DNA of 64,000 nt, taken from Toensbergia leucococca. Its lineage: Eukaryota. Position 1 is the stretch's first letter; each line of letters starts with the position of its first letter. The notes under the pieces are model-generated. The model was not told the origin of the DNA, did no database searches, and saw only the letters and a list, made by a program, of their open reading frames with translations. Shown in pieces: positions 46,333 through 58,937 of this stretch. Where the stretch lies: NCBI GenBank assembly GCA_022813965.1, contig JALDZS010000045.1:1-64000 (forward strand). The letters run 5' to 3'. The position numbers were made by a program, and so were the translations under genes.

Positions 46333-49300
46333 ATGATGGCAGAAGACAATCCTGAGCTACAACAAAAGCTTAGGGAGCTAGATCATGAGTTGGAAGAGGG
46401 TGACATTACCGAGAAGGGATACCAGAAACGGAGGACCGTCATCCTTTCGCAGTACCTGACTCCCACGCACGCTGAGCAGCTTCAAAGAGGCCTTCGAGTA
46501 CACTCCCCAGATGACACGGCTCACCCATCCAATGATGGATCTCGGTCTGCATCTTTTGCAGCCCTCACCTCTCACTCGACCAGTGGTTCTTCTCTTATCG
46601 CGAAGAATCCTCGCCAGGCCTCACCTCGACCTTCAACGGCTATCGCAGATACCGGTATAAGTGGACAGAATGGCTATGATACCAGGGATATCGCAGCGGT
46701 CCAAGGCCAGGTGGGAAGATTTCATGAAAGGGAAACAGGGGCTAGGAATCCAATAGCGAGGCAGATATCGAGCAGTCATGATACATTCAGTACATCAAGA
46801 CCCAGCAGCGCAAGTGGCTTCCGCACGAGTCAGGACAACACAAGAGCAACTACAATGACGAGCTCGCATTACGCTTTCAATCCAGCAAACGAGATTGGCT
46901 ACAGTGACGAGCAAGCCATTGAGTACGGAACACCCGACGGTGGCCAAACGAGGCAATCCACAATGCTCGAGTCTCAGCAGGGCTATTTCTCGGATTTCGC
47001 GGGTCATCAACATGAAGCCCAACGAGAGAATTATGGAGGTGGGCCAAACCGATATTCCTCGAGCGATATGTTTTCGCCGTCAGCTGCTATGGCCCCTCCC
47101 ATGTTGAAAAATAGCGATCTACCTCCACCAGGCGCCTTAAGTCATCAATTACCCTTGGAGCCTCGCGATATACCGTTCGCTATATATGACCCTCATAACA
47201 GCAATATGCCAATGTCGAAGTTTGACAATATAGCGTCAGTATTGCGGCATCGAGCTCGAACAAATCCTAAATTGACAGCGTATTGGGTACTTGATCAAAA
47301 AGGCAAGGAGCTCTCGTCGATAACGTGGGATAAATTTGCAAGTAGGGCGGAAAAGGTAGCGCAGGTAATCAGAGACAAGAGTAATCTTTACAGAGGTGAC
47401 AGAGTGGCCTTGATCTATCAGGATACTGAAGTCATTGATTTTGCTGTTGCACTTATGGGTTGTTTTATCGCTGGCGTAGTTGCCGTTCCAATTAACAATC
47501 TCAAACATTATCAACGGCTAAATGTTGTCCTTACTTCAACTCAGGCCCATCTCGCCTTAACCACAGATGCCAACCTCAAAAATTTCCAGCGAGAAATAAC
47601 AACAAATAAACTGACTTGGCCGCGGGGGGTAGAATGGTGGAAGACTAACGAATTTGGAAGTTTTCATCCAAAGAAGAAGGATGAGGTTCCGCCTTTGGTT
47701 GTGCCTGATCTTGCTTACATTGAGTTTTCAAGAGCGCCAACAGGTGATTTGAGAGGCGTTGTCATGAGTCATCGAACCATAATGCATCAAATGGCTTGTC
47801 TGAGCGCTATCATTGCCACAGTTCCGACGAGTAGTAGTGGCAGTGACACTTTCAACTCTGGTCTACGCGATAAACAAGGGCGGCTGATGGCAGGAGGGGG
47901 AGTCGGTGAAACCATCTTGAGCTATCTGGATCCTCGTCAAGGTATTGGACTTTTGCTCGGGGTACTCTTAACTGTCTATGGTGGTCATACAACTGTCTGG
48001 ATGGAAGCCCGCGCGGTGGATACCCCAGGACTATATGCCAATCTAATCACCAAACATAAAGCTACCTTGATGGTAGCAGACTATCCGGGTCTCAAGCGTG
48101 CAGCATATAATTATCAAGCTGACCCGATGACTACCCGGAATTTTAAGAAGAACTTTGAGCCTACTTTTGCAAGCGTGAAGCTATGTTTGATTGATACTCT
48201 TACCGTTGACAGCGAATTCCATGAGATTCTGGCAGATCGATGGCTGAGACCAATGCGAAATCCCCGGGCCAGAGAACTCGTTGCGCCTATGCTGTGCCTT
48301 CCTGAGCATGGCGGCATGGTCATAAGTATGCGAGACTGGTTAGGCGGAGAAGACAGGATGGGGTGCTCTTTGAAGTTAGACGTTTCAGCGGACGGCTCAA
48401 GTCACGAGGAGAAGAAGCACGAAAAGCCTGTAATGGCCCAAAAGGGCTACAAGAGTCTGATCGGTGGTGGCCCTACCAAGTCAATGGACAAGCAGGGAAG
48501 AACTGAGCTTAGTGAGGTTCTCCTGGACAAAGAGTCGTTGAAGACAAATGAGGTCGTCGTATTAGCCATGGGTGATGAAGCGAGAAAGAGGGCCAATGAA
48601 CCTGGAACTGTGCGCGTTGGCGCTTTTGGATATCCAATTCCAGACGCAACTTTAGCAGTAGTAGACCCAGAGACAAGTCTTCTTTGCACCCCATTCGTAA
48701 TCGGAGAGATCTGGGTTGATTCGCCATCCCTGTCCGGTGGGTTCTGGGCTCTGCCAAAGCATACTGAGACTATTTTCCATGCACGGCCATATAAGTTTCA
48801 GGAAGGCAATCCTACGCCGATGGCGGTGGAGCCAGAATTCCTTCGGACGGGCTTACTGGGCTGTGTCATAGAGGGCAAGATCTTTATCCTTGGTCTTTAT
48901 GAAGATCGGCTACGGCAAAAGGTTGAATGGGTTGAACATGGTATGGAACTTGCAGAATACCGATACTTTTTTGTACAGCATCTGATCATCAGCATTATGA
49001 AAAACGTGCCCAAGATCTATGATTGCTCAGCTTTTGATGTTTTCGTTAACGAAGAACATCTTCCTATTGTTTTACTGGAGTCGAACGCAGCCTCTACTGC
49101 TCCCACAACAAACGGTGGTCCGCCACGACAGCTTGATACTGCTCTTCTGGACTCTCTCTCTGAAAGATGTATGGAGGTGCTGTACCAAGAGCACCACCTC
49201 CGAGTATATTGTGTCATGATCACCGCGCCCGACACACTACCTAGAGCTGTCAAGAACGGCCGACGAGAAATTGGCAATATGCTCTGCCGGAGAGAATTTG

Positions 49301-52222
49301 ACTTGGGCTCTCTACCATGTGTTCATGTAAAATTCGGCGTAGAAAGAGCCGTTCTCAATCTCCCCGTTGGTGTGGATCCAGATGGCGGAATCTGGTCACC
49401 ACTTTCAACGGCAACCAGGCAAGAGATTCTGCAGATGCAAGATAAGCAATACTCGGGCGTTGACTACCATGAAGTCGTCATTGACGATAGGACGTCCACG
49501 CCTCTCAATAACTTTTCAAGTATTGTAGATCTCTTACAATGGCGAGTGGCTCGACAGGCCGAAGAATTATCTTATTGTACAATTGACGGACGAGGTAAAG
49601 AAGGAAAAGGAGTAACGTGGAAAAAGTTTGACACAAAGGTTGCCGCAGTTGCATTGTACCTTCAGAATAAGGCCAAGATAAAGGCTGGAGACCATCTCGT
49701 TTTAATGTATACACATTCGGAGGAATTTGTATATGCTGTCCATGCTTGCTTTTGCCTTGGTGTTGTGGCGATTCCAATGGCTCCACTCGACCAGAATCGC
49801 CTGAATGAGGACGCTCCAGCTTTCCTTCACATCATCGCCGATTTCCGTGTCAAGGCTATCTTGGTTAATACTGAGGTTGACCATCTCTTGAAGCAAAAGA
49901 TTGTCTCCCAACATATGAAACAATCCGCTCAAGTTCTAAGAGTATCGATTCCGCCTTCTTACAATACTACAAAACCTCCCAGGCAATCCAGTGGATGTCG
50001 AGATCTGGGCTTCACCATGAAGCCTCGCTGGATCCAGTCAGATTACCCAGTCTTGGTTTGGACATATTGGACACCCGACCAGCGCAGGATAGCTGTCCAG
50101 CTAGGACATAATACGATCATGGGTACATGCAAGGTGCAGAAAGAAACCTGCCAGATGACCAGTTCCAGACCTGTTCTCGGATGTGTGAGGGGTACTATTG
50201 GTCTAGGGTTCCTACATACTTGCTTGATGGGCGTTTTTGTTGGTATGGTCAAAGCCGTTGTATGCTAATGAAACGTGCTAACTGCTCGAATAGGTGCTCC
50301 TACGTATCTCGTGTCTCCTATAGACTTTGCTGCAAATCCTCAATCTCTGTTTCTTACTTTGTCGAGATACAAGATCAAAGACACTTACGCTACTGGTCAG
50401 ATGATGGATCACGCCATGAGTATGATGCCAGGCAAGGGTTTTACGTTGCACGAGCTCAAGAATCTAATGATATCCACTGACGGCAGGCCTAGGGTTGATG
50501 TCTGTAAGTTGAATTTGTTAAATTTCGACATAAAAAGAGTTGGAGCTGACATCACCTAGTCCAAAAGGTTCGTGTTCATTTTGCGGGTACAGGTCTAGAC
50601 CGTACAGCCATTAATACTATTTACTCTCACGTTCTGAATCCTATGATTGCTTCTCGGTCATACATGTGTATTGAGCCTGTTGAATTATGGCTTGATATAC
50701 GTGCTCTTCGCAGAGGACTTGTCTACCCTGTCGATCCTGATACCGATCCTTCCGCCCTTCTTGTTCAAGACTCTGGCATGGTGCCGGTGAGTACTCAAAT
50801 AGCTATCGTCAACCCCGAAACCCGTCGACTATGCCACATTGGCGAGTATGGCGAAATATGGGTTCAGTCTGAAGCCTGCGTAACCTCTTTTTATGGATCC
50901 AAAGATGCGTTTGATGCCGAGAGGTTCAGCGGACAGACTGTCGATGGGGATCCTCATGTCATATATATAAGGACAGGAGATCTGGGCTTTTTACACAGTC
51001 TCACGCGACCAATTGGTCCTGGGGGCCAACAGGTTGAAATGCAGGTCCTCTTCGTGCTGGGGAGCATTGGTGAGACGTTTGAAGTCAACGGCTTGAGCCA
51101 TTTCCCAATGGATATTGAGAATTCCATCGAAAAATGTCATCGCAACATTGTTCCTGGGGGATGGTAAGCCAGTCCATCTTATTATGTATCTATGATGCTG
51201 CAAATACTGAGCTGACACCGATACATAGTGCTGTTTTTCAAGCTGGCGGGTTTGTGGTTGTTCTGGCCGAAGTGATGCGGAAAGCCTATCTCGCTTCCAT
51301 CGTGCCCGTCATTGTCAACGCTGTCCTTAATGAGCACCAAGTGGTGGTGGATATCATAGCTTTTGTCTCCCAAGGCGACTTCCCACGCTCCCGTCTCGGC
51401 GAGAAACAGCGTGGCAAGATCCTCGCAACCTGGGTGACGAGGAAGATGAGGACAATAGCCCAATTTAGCATCCGAGATCCCGAGGGTTCAGACAGCCAGA
51501 TTACGGAGAGGCCCGAGCCGAGGAGTGTGGGAGGAAGTCTGAGAGAAGGGAGTCTATTAAGACATTCCGAGACAGTGTCTTCGAGGGATATACGAGATGG
51601 ATCTACAGCGCGATCCCAACAGACGGAAGCCTACGTTCCCATACCAACAGACATAGCCGAAATGCCAGCAAACTATGAGAGTTCAATCGTGGAATCCCCC
51701 CCTCTCCCGACAGACTTGGACAGACAAGACAACAACACCCCCACCGAGGTTTCCACTCACCACTTCCACTCCCAAGACCACACCTACGTCCCACCATCCG
51801 ACGGCTCCCCCATCGAAGCTGATTCAACTTACTACGAACGCTACGGCATCCCCTCCGACCACGGAGAAGACCACGACGACCACGAAGCCTACTCCCCAAC
51901 CCCGCAACCCCTCCAATACGACACTCCCCCCAACCCCCGCTACGACTCCAAACCCACCCTCTCCCTCCCCTCGGTAACCGGCCATGAGTCCTTTACCCCC
52001 GACGGCGACCTCTGGACTCTACCCAGCCAGCAAGCATCTCGCCGATCGTCCAAACGAGCACAAGATGGTGGCGGGGGTAGATTACGCATTGCGAACGCGG
52101 GCAGTGGGGACGAGGAGGACGATGACGATTGGCCTTCGGAGGCGATTATGCATATGAATCTTGCGGGGACAGTGAAGAGGGAGAGTCGGTATGATGGGAG
52201 TGGATATGGGGATGCTTTTTGA
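46333..52222 (+). CDS. cps1: Cps1/DIP2-family acyl-CoA ligase-like protein (DMAP1-binding N-terminus plus two adenylation-like domains)
   Basis: ELEEGDITEKGYQKRR N-terminal motif; DLAYIEFSRAPTGDLRGVVMSH, GEIWVDSPSLSGGFW, FLRTGLLG; second domain GEIWVQS, YIRTGDLGFL, HFPMDIENSIE. Four exons (introns about 50243-50293, 50505-50559, 51164-51228). Confidence 0.93.
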
Positions 52223-52609
52223 GGGGCCAAGAGCACTTTTAAATGTTTTGTGCCGTGGTTGGGGAATGATATTTTCCGGCGCTGATGTTTTGATCATTTA
52301 TCGGGGTTCGAGGGGTGCGGGTTATGATTGCTACTGGATTTAGTGAAGGGGGGTGCTATGGGGGAAAACCGGGGGCAGGGGCAGGGGCGGTTTGTTGTTG
52401 TTTTTCGTTAAATGTATCATTTGATAATGGGAATTGAGGCTCTCTCTCTTGGATCTACTTACTCGTCCTCCCCCCCTTCTTGTCTCTAAGTTTGAGATGA
52501 GAGAAAATTCAAAAGATGTTGTTTGTTCCTTTGGCTGGAAAAGGTACTTGGTTGAACCCTTTTTGTTCAATGGGAATTTATCTCATCTCATCTTCATCTC
52601 ATCCCGTTT

Positions 52610-53379
52610 CTATACTCTTCCTCCTCCTCCCCCCGAACACCCCACAACCCAAAAAAAAAAACAAAAAAAAAAAAAAGTCGAAATAGAGCTAGATTCGTTT
52701 TTCATCAGTCTCGAGTCGTGATATATGTGGCCCTGACGAGAAAGATTTATTCCAAGCAGAGAAAATCATCAAGTCGGCGGAAAAATGGGTCTTGAACAGC
52801 CTTTCTTTTGCCTTTTATCCTTCTTTTCCTTCCTATTCCCCTCCCCCGGCCCTTCACAATCATTGCTATCTCTCACCACCCCTCCCCCCACAAAAATTAT
52901 CTTGCCCCCCCGCCCCCTAAGGAAAAGGTGATTATAGAAAGTATTAATTTTTTGGGGGGGAGAGGAGGAGGAGGAGAAGGGAGAGTTAAGCGAGGGTGTT
53001 TGGGGCTATTTATACCGTATCATTTACCCCCAAAAGTAGAAGAGGGGGTCACTACCTCTTTTTCGCGTGTTTGCCGGGGGCGGGGGGCGTTGAGGGAATC
53101 TAGAGTAGTCGCTCGCCCTTGTCTATTTATCTCTTGTTTTTCATTCTTTCTTTCGAGCTTTTTTCTTTCTCCGCCTGTTCATTTGAGAACTCATTGGGGT
53201 TCGGTCGGGTATATACATTGGATCTCTTTTTCTTCAATTAAACAGATGATAGATTTACCCCACTCACCGATCTCGCTTCCCCTTTTTCGTTTCTCTGCTT
53301 TAAATGTGGGCGTTTTGGGCTTGGCTGTTTCTTTTTTTGTTTGGAAGTGTGGAATATAGGTTGGTGGGTTGTTTTTTTT

Positions 53380-53423
<44 letters not shown>

Positions 53424-54150
53424 GAGTCTTGAGAGTTTTTTTTGGGTTTGTTTCTTGTTCGTTTTTAAGCTGGGGAGACTTTTTCCGTCTTTCCCCTTCT
53501 CCCACACACCCTCCTAACTGACCAAAAAAAACCGGCCGGCGGGTGACTGGCAAAGACCCCCCGAAAAATAAAATTCACTCAGCACTTGCCGCCCGGGTAA
53601 GGTACCTAGGATGTTTATCCTTTTTTTGAGTTGGAGAGTGATGGGTTTGTTAATGGGTGGGTGTTGGTGGTAGCGAGGGGGAATGTAATGACTGCGATTT
53701 TTTTTTTTTTGGTGGAGGGAATGGGGTTGGGTTGGGCTGCGGGGTTTTTGGGGGGGGTGTGGTTTTGGGATGATGGCGTTTGAGGTGAGGGGGTGGGGGA
53801 TGGGGATGGGGATGTTGGTTGCTTTCTGTTGGGGGTTCGTGAGGTGGAAGTTTTTTATTGTTCGCTTTTTTGTGGGTTTGTTTTGAGAACGGGCTGGTTG
53901 GGGGGGTTTTGGGGAATGGGGATGGGGTTGTGGAATGGGGGGAGGTGAGGAGGAGCACCAAGGTGGGGTGGGGTAAGATGTGTGCTGTCGTGGGAAATAG
54001 GGAGGTGAACTATTGGTGGAGAGAGAGGGGGCTGATTGAATTGGTGATTTGGGCTTGAGAGGATTAGGATGGGGGCGAGGAGAGGGAAGGTAATGTCAGC
54101 TTATTGGTTTTGGATTTTTTTTCTTCTTGAGGGGGGTGGGGCGGGGGACG
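52610..54150. repeat. Low-complexity homopolymer-rich intergenic region, including a ~32-nt G run at 53391-53422
   Basis: Long A, T, C and G runs seen directly between the convergent cps1 and Vps3-like genes. Confidence 0.8.
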
Positions 54151-54883
54151 TGGAGTGGATCAGAGCTACTTTGGGGATGGATGGTAGTCTAGATATAGAC
54201 TAGATCTCGGATATTGGCATTTTTGACTGCAGGTTGTGATCAGGCTTTGTAGTCTTATCTGGTGTGTGTATTTCTTGAGGATCATGGGCTTGTTGTATCT
54301 ATATCTAAATACCAACGCCCATTTCTGGCGCCAAGACTGTGGCGACCTTGTCGGAAAGGGAGACGAGGGAAGTGATGAGGATTGAATCTCTTCAAGTGCT
54401 GCTATTTCAGATCTGCTTGTTCGGGCGGGGTACTCTTGAGGTATTCCTAGAGTGGAGATGTCCTCTGGTCTGTTATATGGCACGGCTGAGATTCTCGGTG
54501 ATATTGCCTTATGGCTGTCGTGGCTTGGATGCTATCTGAAGTCCGGAATCGGGTGTATACAATTAGCTTCTAGTATAAGTTCAGAGTTGCGAGAGATTGG
54601 TGTTGTAAGCGTGAGGGTGGCTGCACTCGCTGTTTCTTAGAAAGAGTTGGGACTAAAGAGCATTTCTTGCTGCGATGTGAGGGTTATTGGTTGACGCTTT
54701 ATTATAATTGATAAAGCCTAAGACGCAGTGCAAGCGACACTTCAAAAGCGCCACAATGTAGAGAGTAGTCTGGAGGCTTGAGAGATGAAGGGCTGCCGGC
54801 GATGTAGCAAAACCTTCGAAAAGGCCTAGTAGGAGGGTAATATACTCCACAAGCCCTCGAGTCCCCATTCAATGGTGCATCTC

Positions 54884-57800
54884 TCATTGGACTGTTTCCA
54901 CATTCGGCCCAAGGTCGCGGCACTTCTCGACGAAAATCGAGGCAATTTGTAGATTCTCTGCACCACTTAGAGCCTTAGTAATCATTGCCTCGTTTCTCTC
55001 CTGGATGACACGCCTAAAGGCACTAACCAGGAAGCCTGAAACCAGCTCCACAGACCACGAGTCGGGTATAAGGTCCAACACCTTTCTCACATCGAACCAA
55101 GAACCGAATCGCTCTAGCAACTCACTGGTTCGCTCTAGCCTATCATTGACATCTTCAATCTGAAGGAATTCCGAAAGTAGGTATTTGAACAGAGCTGCTT
55201 GTTCTTCCTGAGATGGAATTGAATCTGGAGACAATAGTCCGGAGATCGGATGGAAGATACTCGCTCCTCCTAGTAAGCAGTAATTTATTGCTGTGTGGTA
55301 ATCCCCTAGACCTTGAGTGAGCAAGTGCAGCGCTCGTTCGTGTCGGCCCTGGCGCCCATCGAGAATGATTGATTCTGGTACCAAGTCTTGCTCAAATGGT
55401 TCGATTCGAGAGAGGATACTGCTGACATCGTATGAGAAATCAGCGCCATGACTGCCACCAAGAAGCTCTAGGAGTCGTAGACGATCATGCCACCAAGAGG
55501 AGGGGATGGCATTCTCGACGATAAATTGACGGTATGTTGGCTTTGGCGGGCCAAGTGCTCTATAAGATCGGTAAGATTGTGCGAGGATGGCTCGAGCATC
55601 TTCTGAGCTTTTGAGAACAGTGAGAACGCTGTCGAGATAGTATGAGATGAGATGATTGGCGTATTGAACGTTTTTCTTGCCAAAGACAAGATGCTCAAGA
55701 TAGACTTTGACTGCATCGGGCGCTTGATCTTGCAGTAAATGCACGACTCGGGAAGGTTCCAACTTGATCCTGCTATTGTCGTCTGTAAAAACTTGTACGC
55801 CAAGGGCAGGATTTCTTCTAGCAAGCCAAGTACCGTATTCGTTAACCAGCGTAGCATCTTTCAGTCTCACTAGATACTTGCGAACTTCATTCTCGCCATC
55901 CGCGAGTTCGCCACCTTCATCTGTCTCTCCTTCAATGATTCTTGCCCATGTCTGCAGAACCTCTCTTGCCATCTTACGACTTTGATAAAGTCTACTGAGA
56001 ACATAAAGTCGGCGATATTGTTCAAGCAGAGTGACCGCACGGTCAAAGCAGTCGATCGAATTATCAACAACGGAATATAATTCTGCCCTCATAGACGAAG
56101 AGATAGGCGGAGTGGACGATGACTGACGATGCTGGTGAAGGAGTATATGCAGTACTGCAGCGTCTACTGTCTGAAAGACCTCTACTTCATCAGCTATACT
56201 GCCAAAACCTTTTCGCTGCCGCCATGAAATGAGATAGCGCTTGACCACACCCAGTATTTCCGTTGTCTTGAGGTCATGCGACAACTGCTCTGCTTTGATC
56301 CTCAATGATATCAAAGACCAGTAGCGTTCGATAATCCAAATCAGGCCTGCGTGGATCCAGATACCCCGGGGTCCTTCAACAATCTCTTCGCAAAGAAAAG
56401 GGATCATTGTAAGAACGACTCGAGGGTCCAATCCTCCTTCAATCAGCAGTCCCTCTGTGATCCGCCGATCAGCATCACTACCAGATAATGGTGACTTTCT
56501 AATGACCACATCGGCGAACAATATGAGACTTGTCTTCTGCCGGATGTATCCTAGGCTTAAGAATTCGGTTTCAGTCCTTGCTTCTTGGCCTCGAATGCTG
56601 TTGACAATTTGAATAATCTTGCTCCTTTTTAAATCAATATGAGAGCCTTCATATGTTGAGCTTTTGAAAAACCCATCAATTGCATCATCTAGTCTAATTG
56701 CCAGCGGGTTCCTCACAACCCACCAAATAGACGATCCAGACCATACGGTGATACGGCTTGCTCGTCCTCCAAGTCGTCGGCCAAACTCTTCCTCTTCCTT
56801 GTTTCTTACAGACTCCCAATGTTCTATATTCCTCTCGGGCTTCTCATTACTAAAGGATATAGACTCTTTCAACATAGGCCGCTCTGTTGCCGAGTTATCA
56901 CTGATATCGTAGTTTCTCCCTGATGCCCTTCGTATAGCTAGATCAGGATCCCATGCTTGAGTGTCTGGTAATCTTAGTCTTGTAGCTCGTAATTTCTTGC
57001 CAATTTCGGGAAACGGAACAGGAACCGAAGTATGCACAGCTCGAAGGCCAAAATTGAACTTATCGTCACTGTTCCCTTTTTCTTCACTACTGGATAAAGT
57101 AGGAATCTCTAGCCATTCTTTACTTTCTCCCACATCCGCATCCCATCTCTGAATCTCAATCACGCTTTGGTCTCCTGTAGCTCTAGACCGCTTCATAGAA
57201 GCAAGTACATAGCCTTTATTATCAGCCTCAGCATTCTCCGATAAAAAATCTACTTCTGTGCCATGCCCATCTACGACAACGTCAACAGGATATCGTTCAA
57301 ATTCGAGAGTACCTCGTACGACGTCTCCATCCAAGTTCACAAAAATACCAACCCCTGGGTCGGTAGGTGCAGTCCCGGTGGTAAGCAAAAACTCAGTAGG
57401 GGTAGGAGAAGTGATATTTGGTTTCAAGTTGGATATAAGCTGAGCCGGTAAGGGTGGTAACGACTTCTGTTGAGGCTTGTCTTCAGGCGGAGCCGGAAGG
57501 GCTTTTTCTGGAGTCGAGGGTCTTTTACCAGGACTTCCTGACGCTGATACAGACTCTTGGAAATGTATATCTTGTGAAGGCGAAGGAGCTCTTGTGGTGA
57601 TCTCTGGAATGTCAGCTCTCAACCGCTCTTGACTTCTCGATTGCGAGCTCTCTTGCTGTCGTCCTCCGCCAGTGACCAACGCTCCGAGGCTTGTACTTCT
57701 ATTATGGCTTTTCTTGTCACCAATGCGCTCGGCAGGGCCCAAGTGAGCAGTAGAAGAACTACGGGTCATTGTTGGAGCAGCCCTTTCGGACAAGTCTTGC

Positions 57801-58610
57801 ACTTCTCCTATAGCTAAAGTCTCCTCTTGAGATGAAATTGGAAACAGAAGTATCTTTTGTTGATTCTCAACATCAAGCAAAGCGTATGAATGAGCGTCGG
57901 CCACGCAAGCAAAGCCGCTTCGGCGAGCAGACACGAGACAACTTGGAAACTCGATGTTTCTTATCCGTCGAGGTGTTTCCCCAATTCCAACCAGTCTTAT
58001 ACGACTTTTGATACATATCATCACAATCTCCTCGTTCTCTTTTGTAAGGTTGCTTGGATTCAAGTCCACACCTCCTACCCAACTACAATTGGAGACTCTG
58101 GTATTGCCAAACGCAGGGCTCAATTCTGGCAAGCTATAAAAAGTCAGGGTTCCATTACAGAGAACGCAAGCTTTGTTCACTCGTGGCAACAGTAGGATTT
58201 GCTCCACTCCAGGCAAGACTTGATTGCGAGAAGGGCTCTGACTAAACTGTGGCTGGAGCCTGGACGCGAAAATGTAGGTTGGGGCAGACGAGTTGTCGGC
58301 TGGATCGGGAGGGATTGAGACAAAGTGGAGGATCTCTGCCGCGGATGTCCCTACATATAGATTGTCTTCTGTAGCAAGACCTCGAAGTCAGCGACTTGGA
58401 AATGTCATAATAGTCGATGCTCTTCCACGCTAAAGGGTTTGGAGAACCGGTCTACTTTGGATACTGACCCCAAAGCTCCACACAAGTTATGTGAATATCC
58501 GTTGCTTGCCCTTCAGCGGATAGAGGAAGCTCTTCAACAAGACTTCTCAGAATATATGACCTGCTGGAGTCCAAAGGCTTCCTTTCTTTAGGTTTCTGTT
58601 CTTCAGCCAT
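54884..58610 (-). CDS. Vps3/Vam6/TGFBRAP1-family vacuolar-sorting protein (CNH domain plus C-terminal helical region)
   Basis: Exon 1 MAEEQ...HITCVELW, intron ~58468-58369, then EDNLYVGTSAAEILHF...; later GIFVNLDGDVVRGTLEF, YLEHLV, ILDGRQGRHERALHLL...AINYC, LIPDSWSVELVSGFL. Confidence 0.88.
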
Positions 58611-58937
58611 GGTGCTAGCCCACACCCCCTCCAGAGACTATCCAACCCCACTCCTATATTGCTGCATCTAGTAGACTGAAGTTTTCCCACGAATGACTCA
58701 TGGCCGGTGGGATGTGCGAGCTTTGAAGGGGGTGGGGGGGTAAATGAAAGTTGAAACAAAACTTACGACAGTCTCGGTATTTTATCCCGTTCATGTATTA
58801 TATACGCCGCAATCTTCACAGACATCATCATCTGAGCAAAGGCAGCATACGGATACCTACTGCAATGTCAAATCACAGCTAAGAATTTTTTGACGTATTG
58901 TTGGTCGTTCAATAGGATCACCAACCGCCAATGCATC

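Noticed and set aside
41994..52222. Secondary-metabolite (NRPS) cluster around cps1 and the MFS transporter
   Set aside because: Cps1/DIP2 is a conserved acyl-CoA ligase-like protein with no condensation or carrier domains visible, and the neighbours are housekeeping genes.
52340..54060. Pro/Lys-rich or Phe/Leu-rich ORFs of 76-183 aa
   Set aside because: Artefacts of homopolymer-rich low-complexity DNA with no domain signal.
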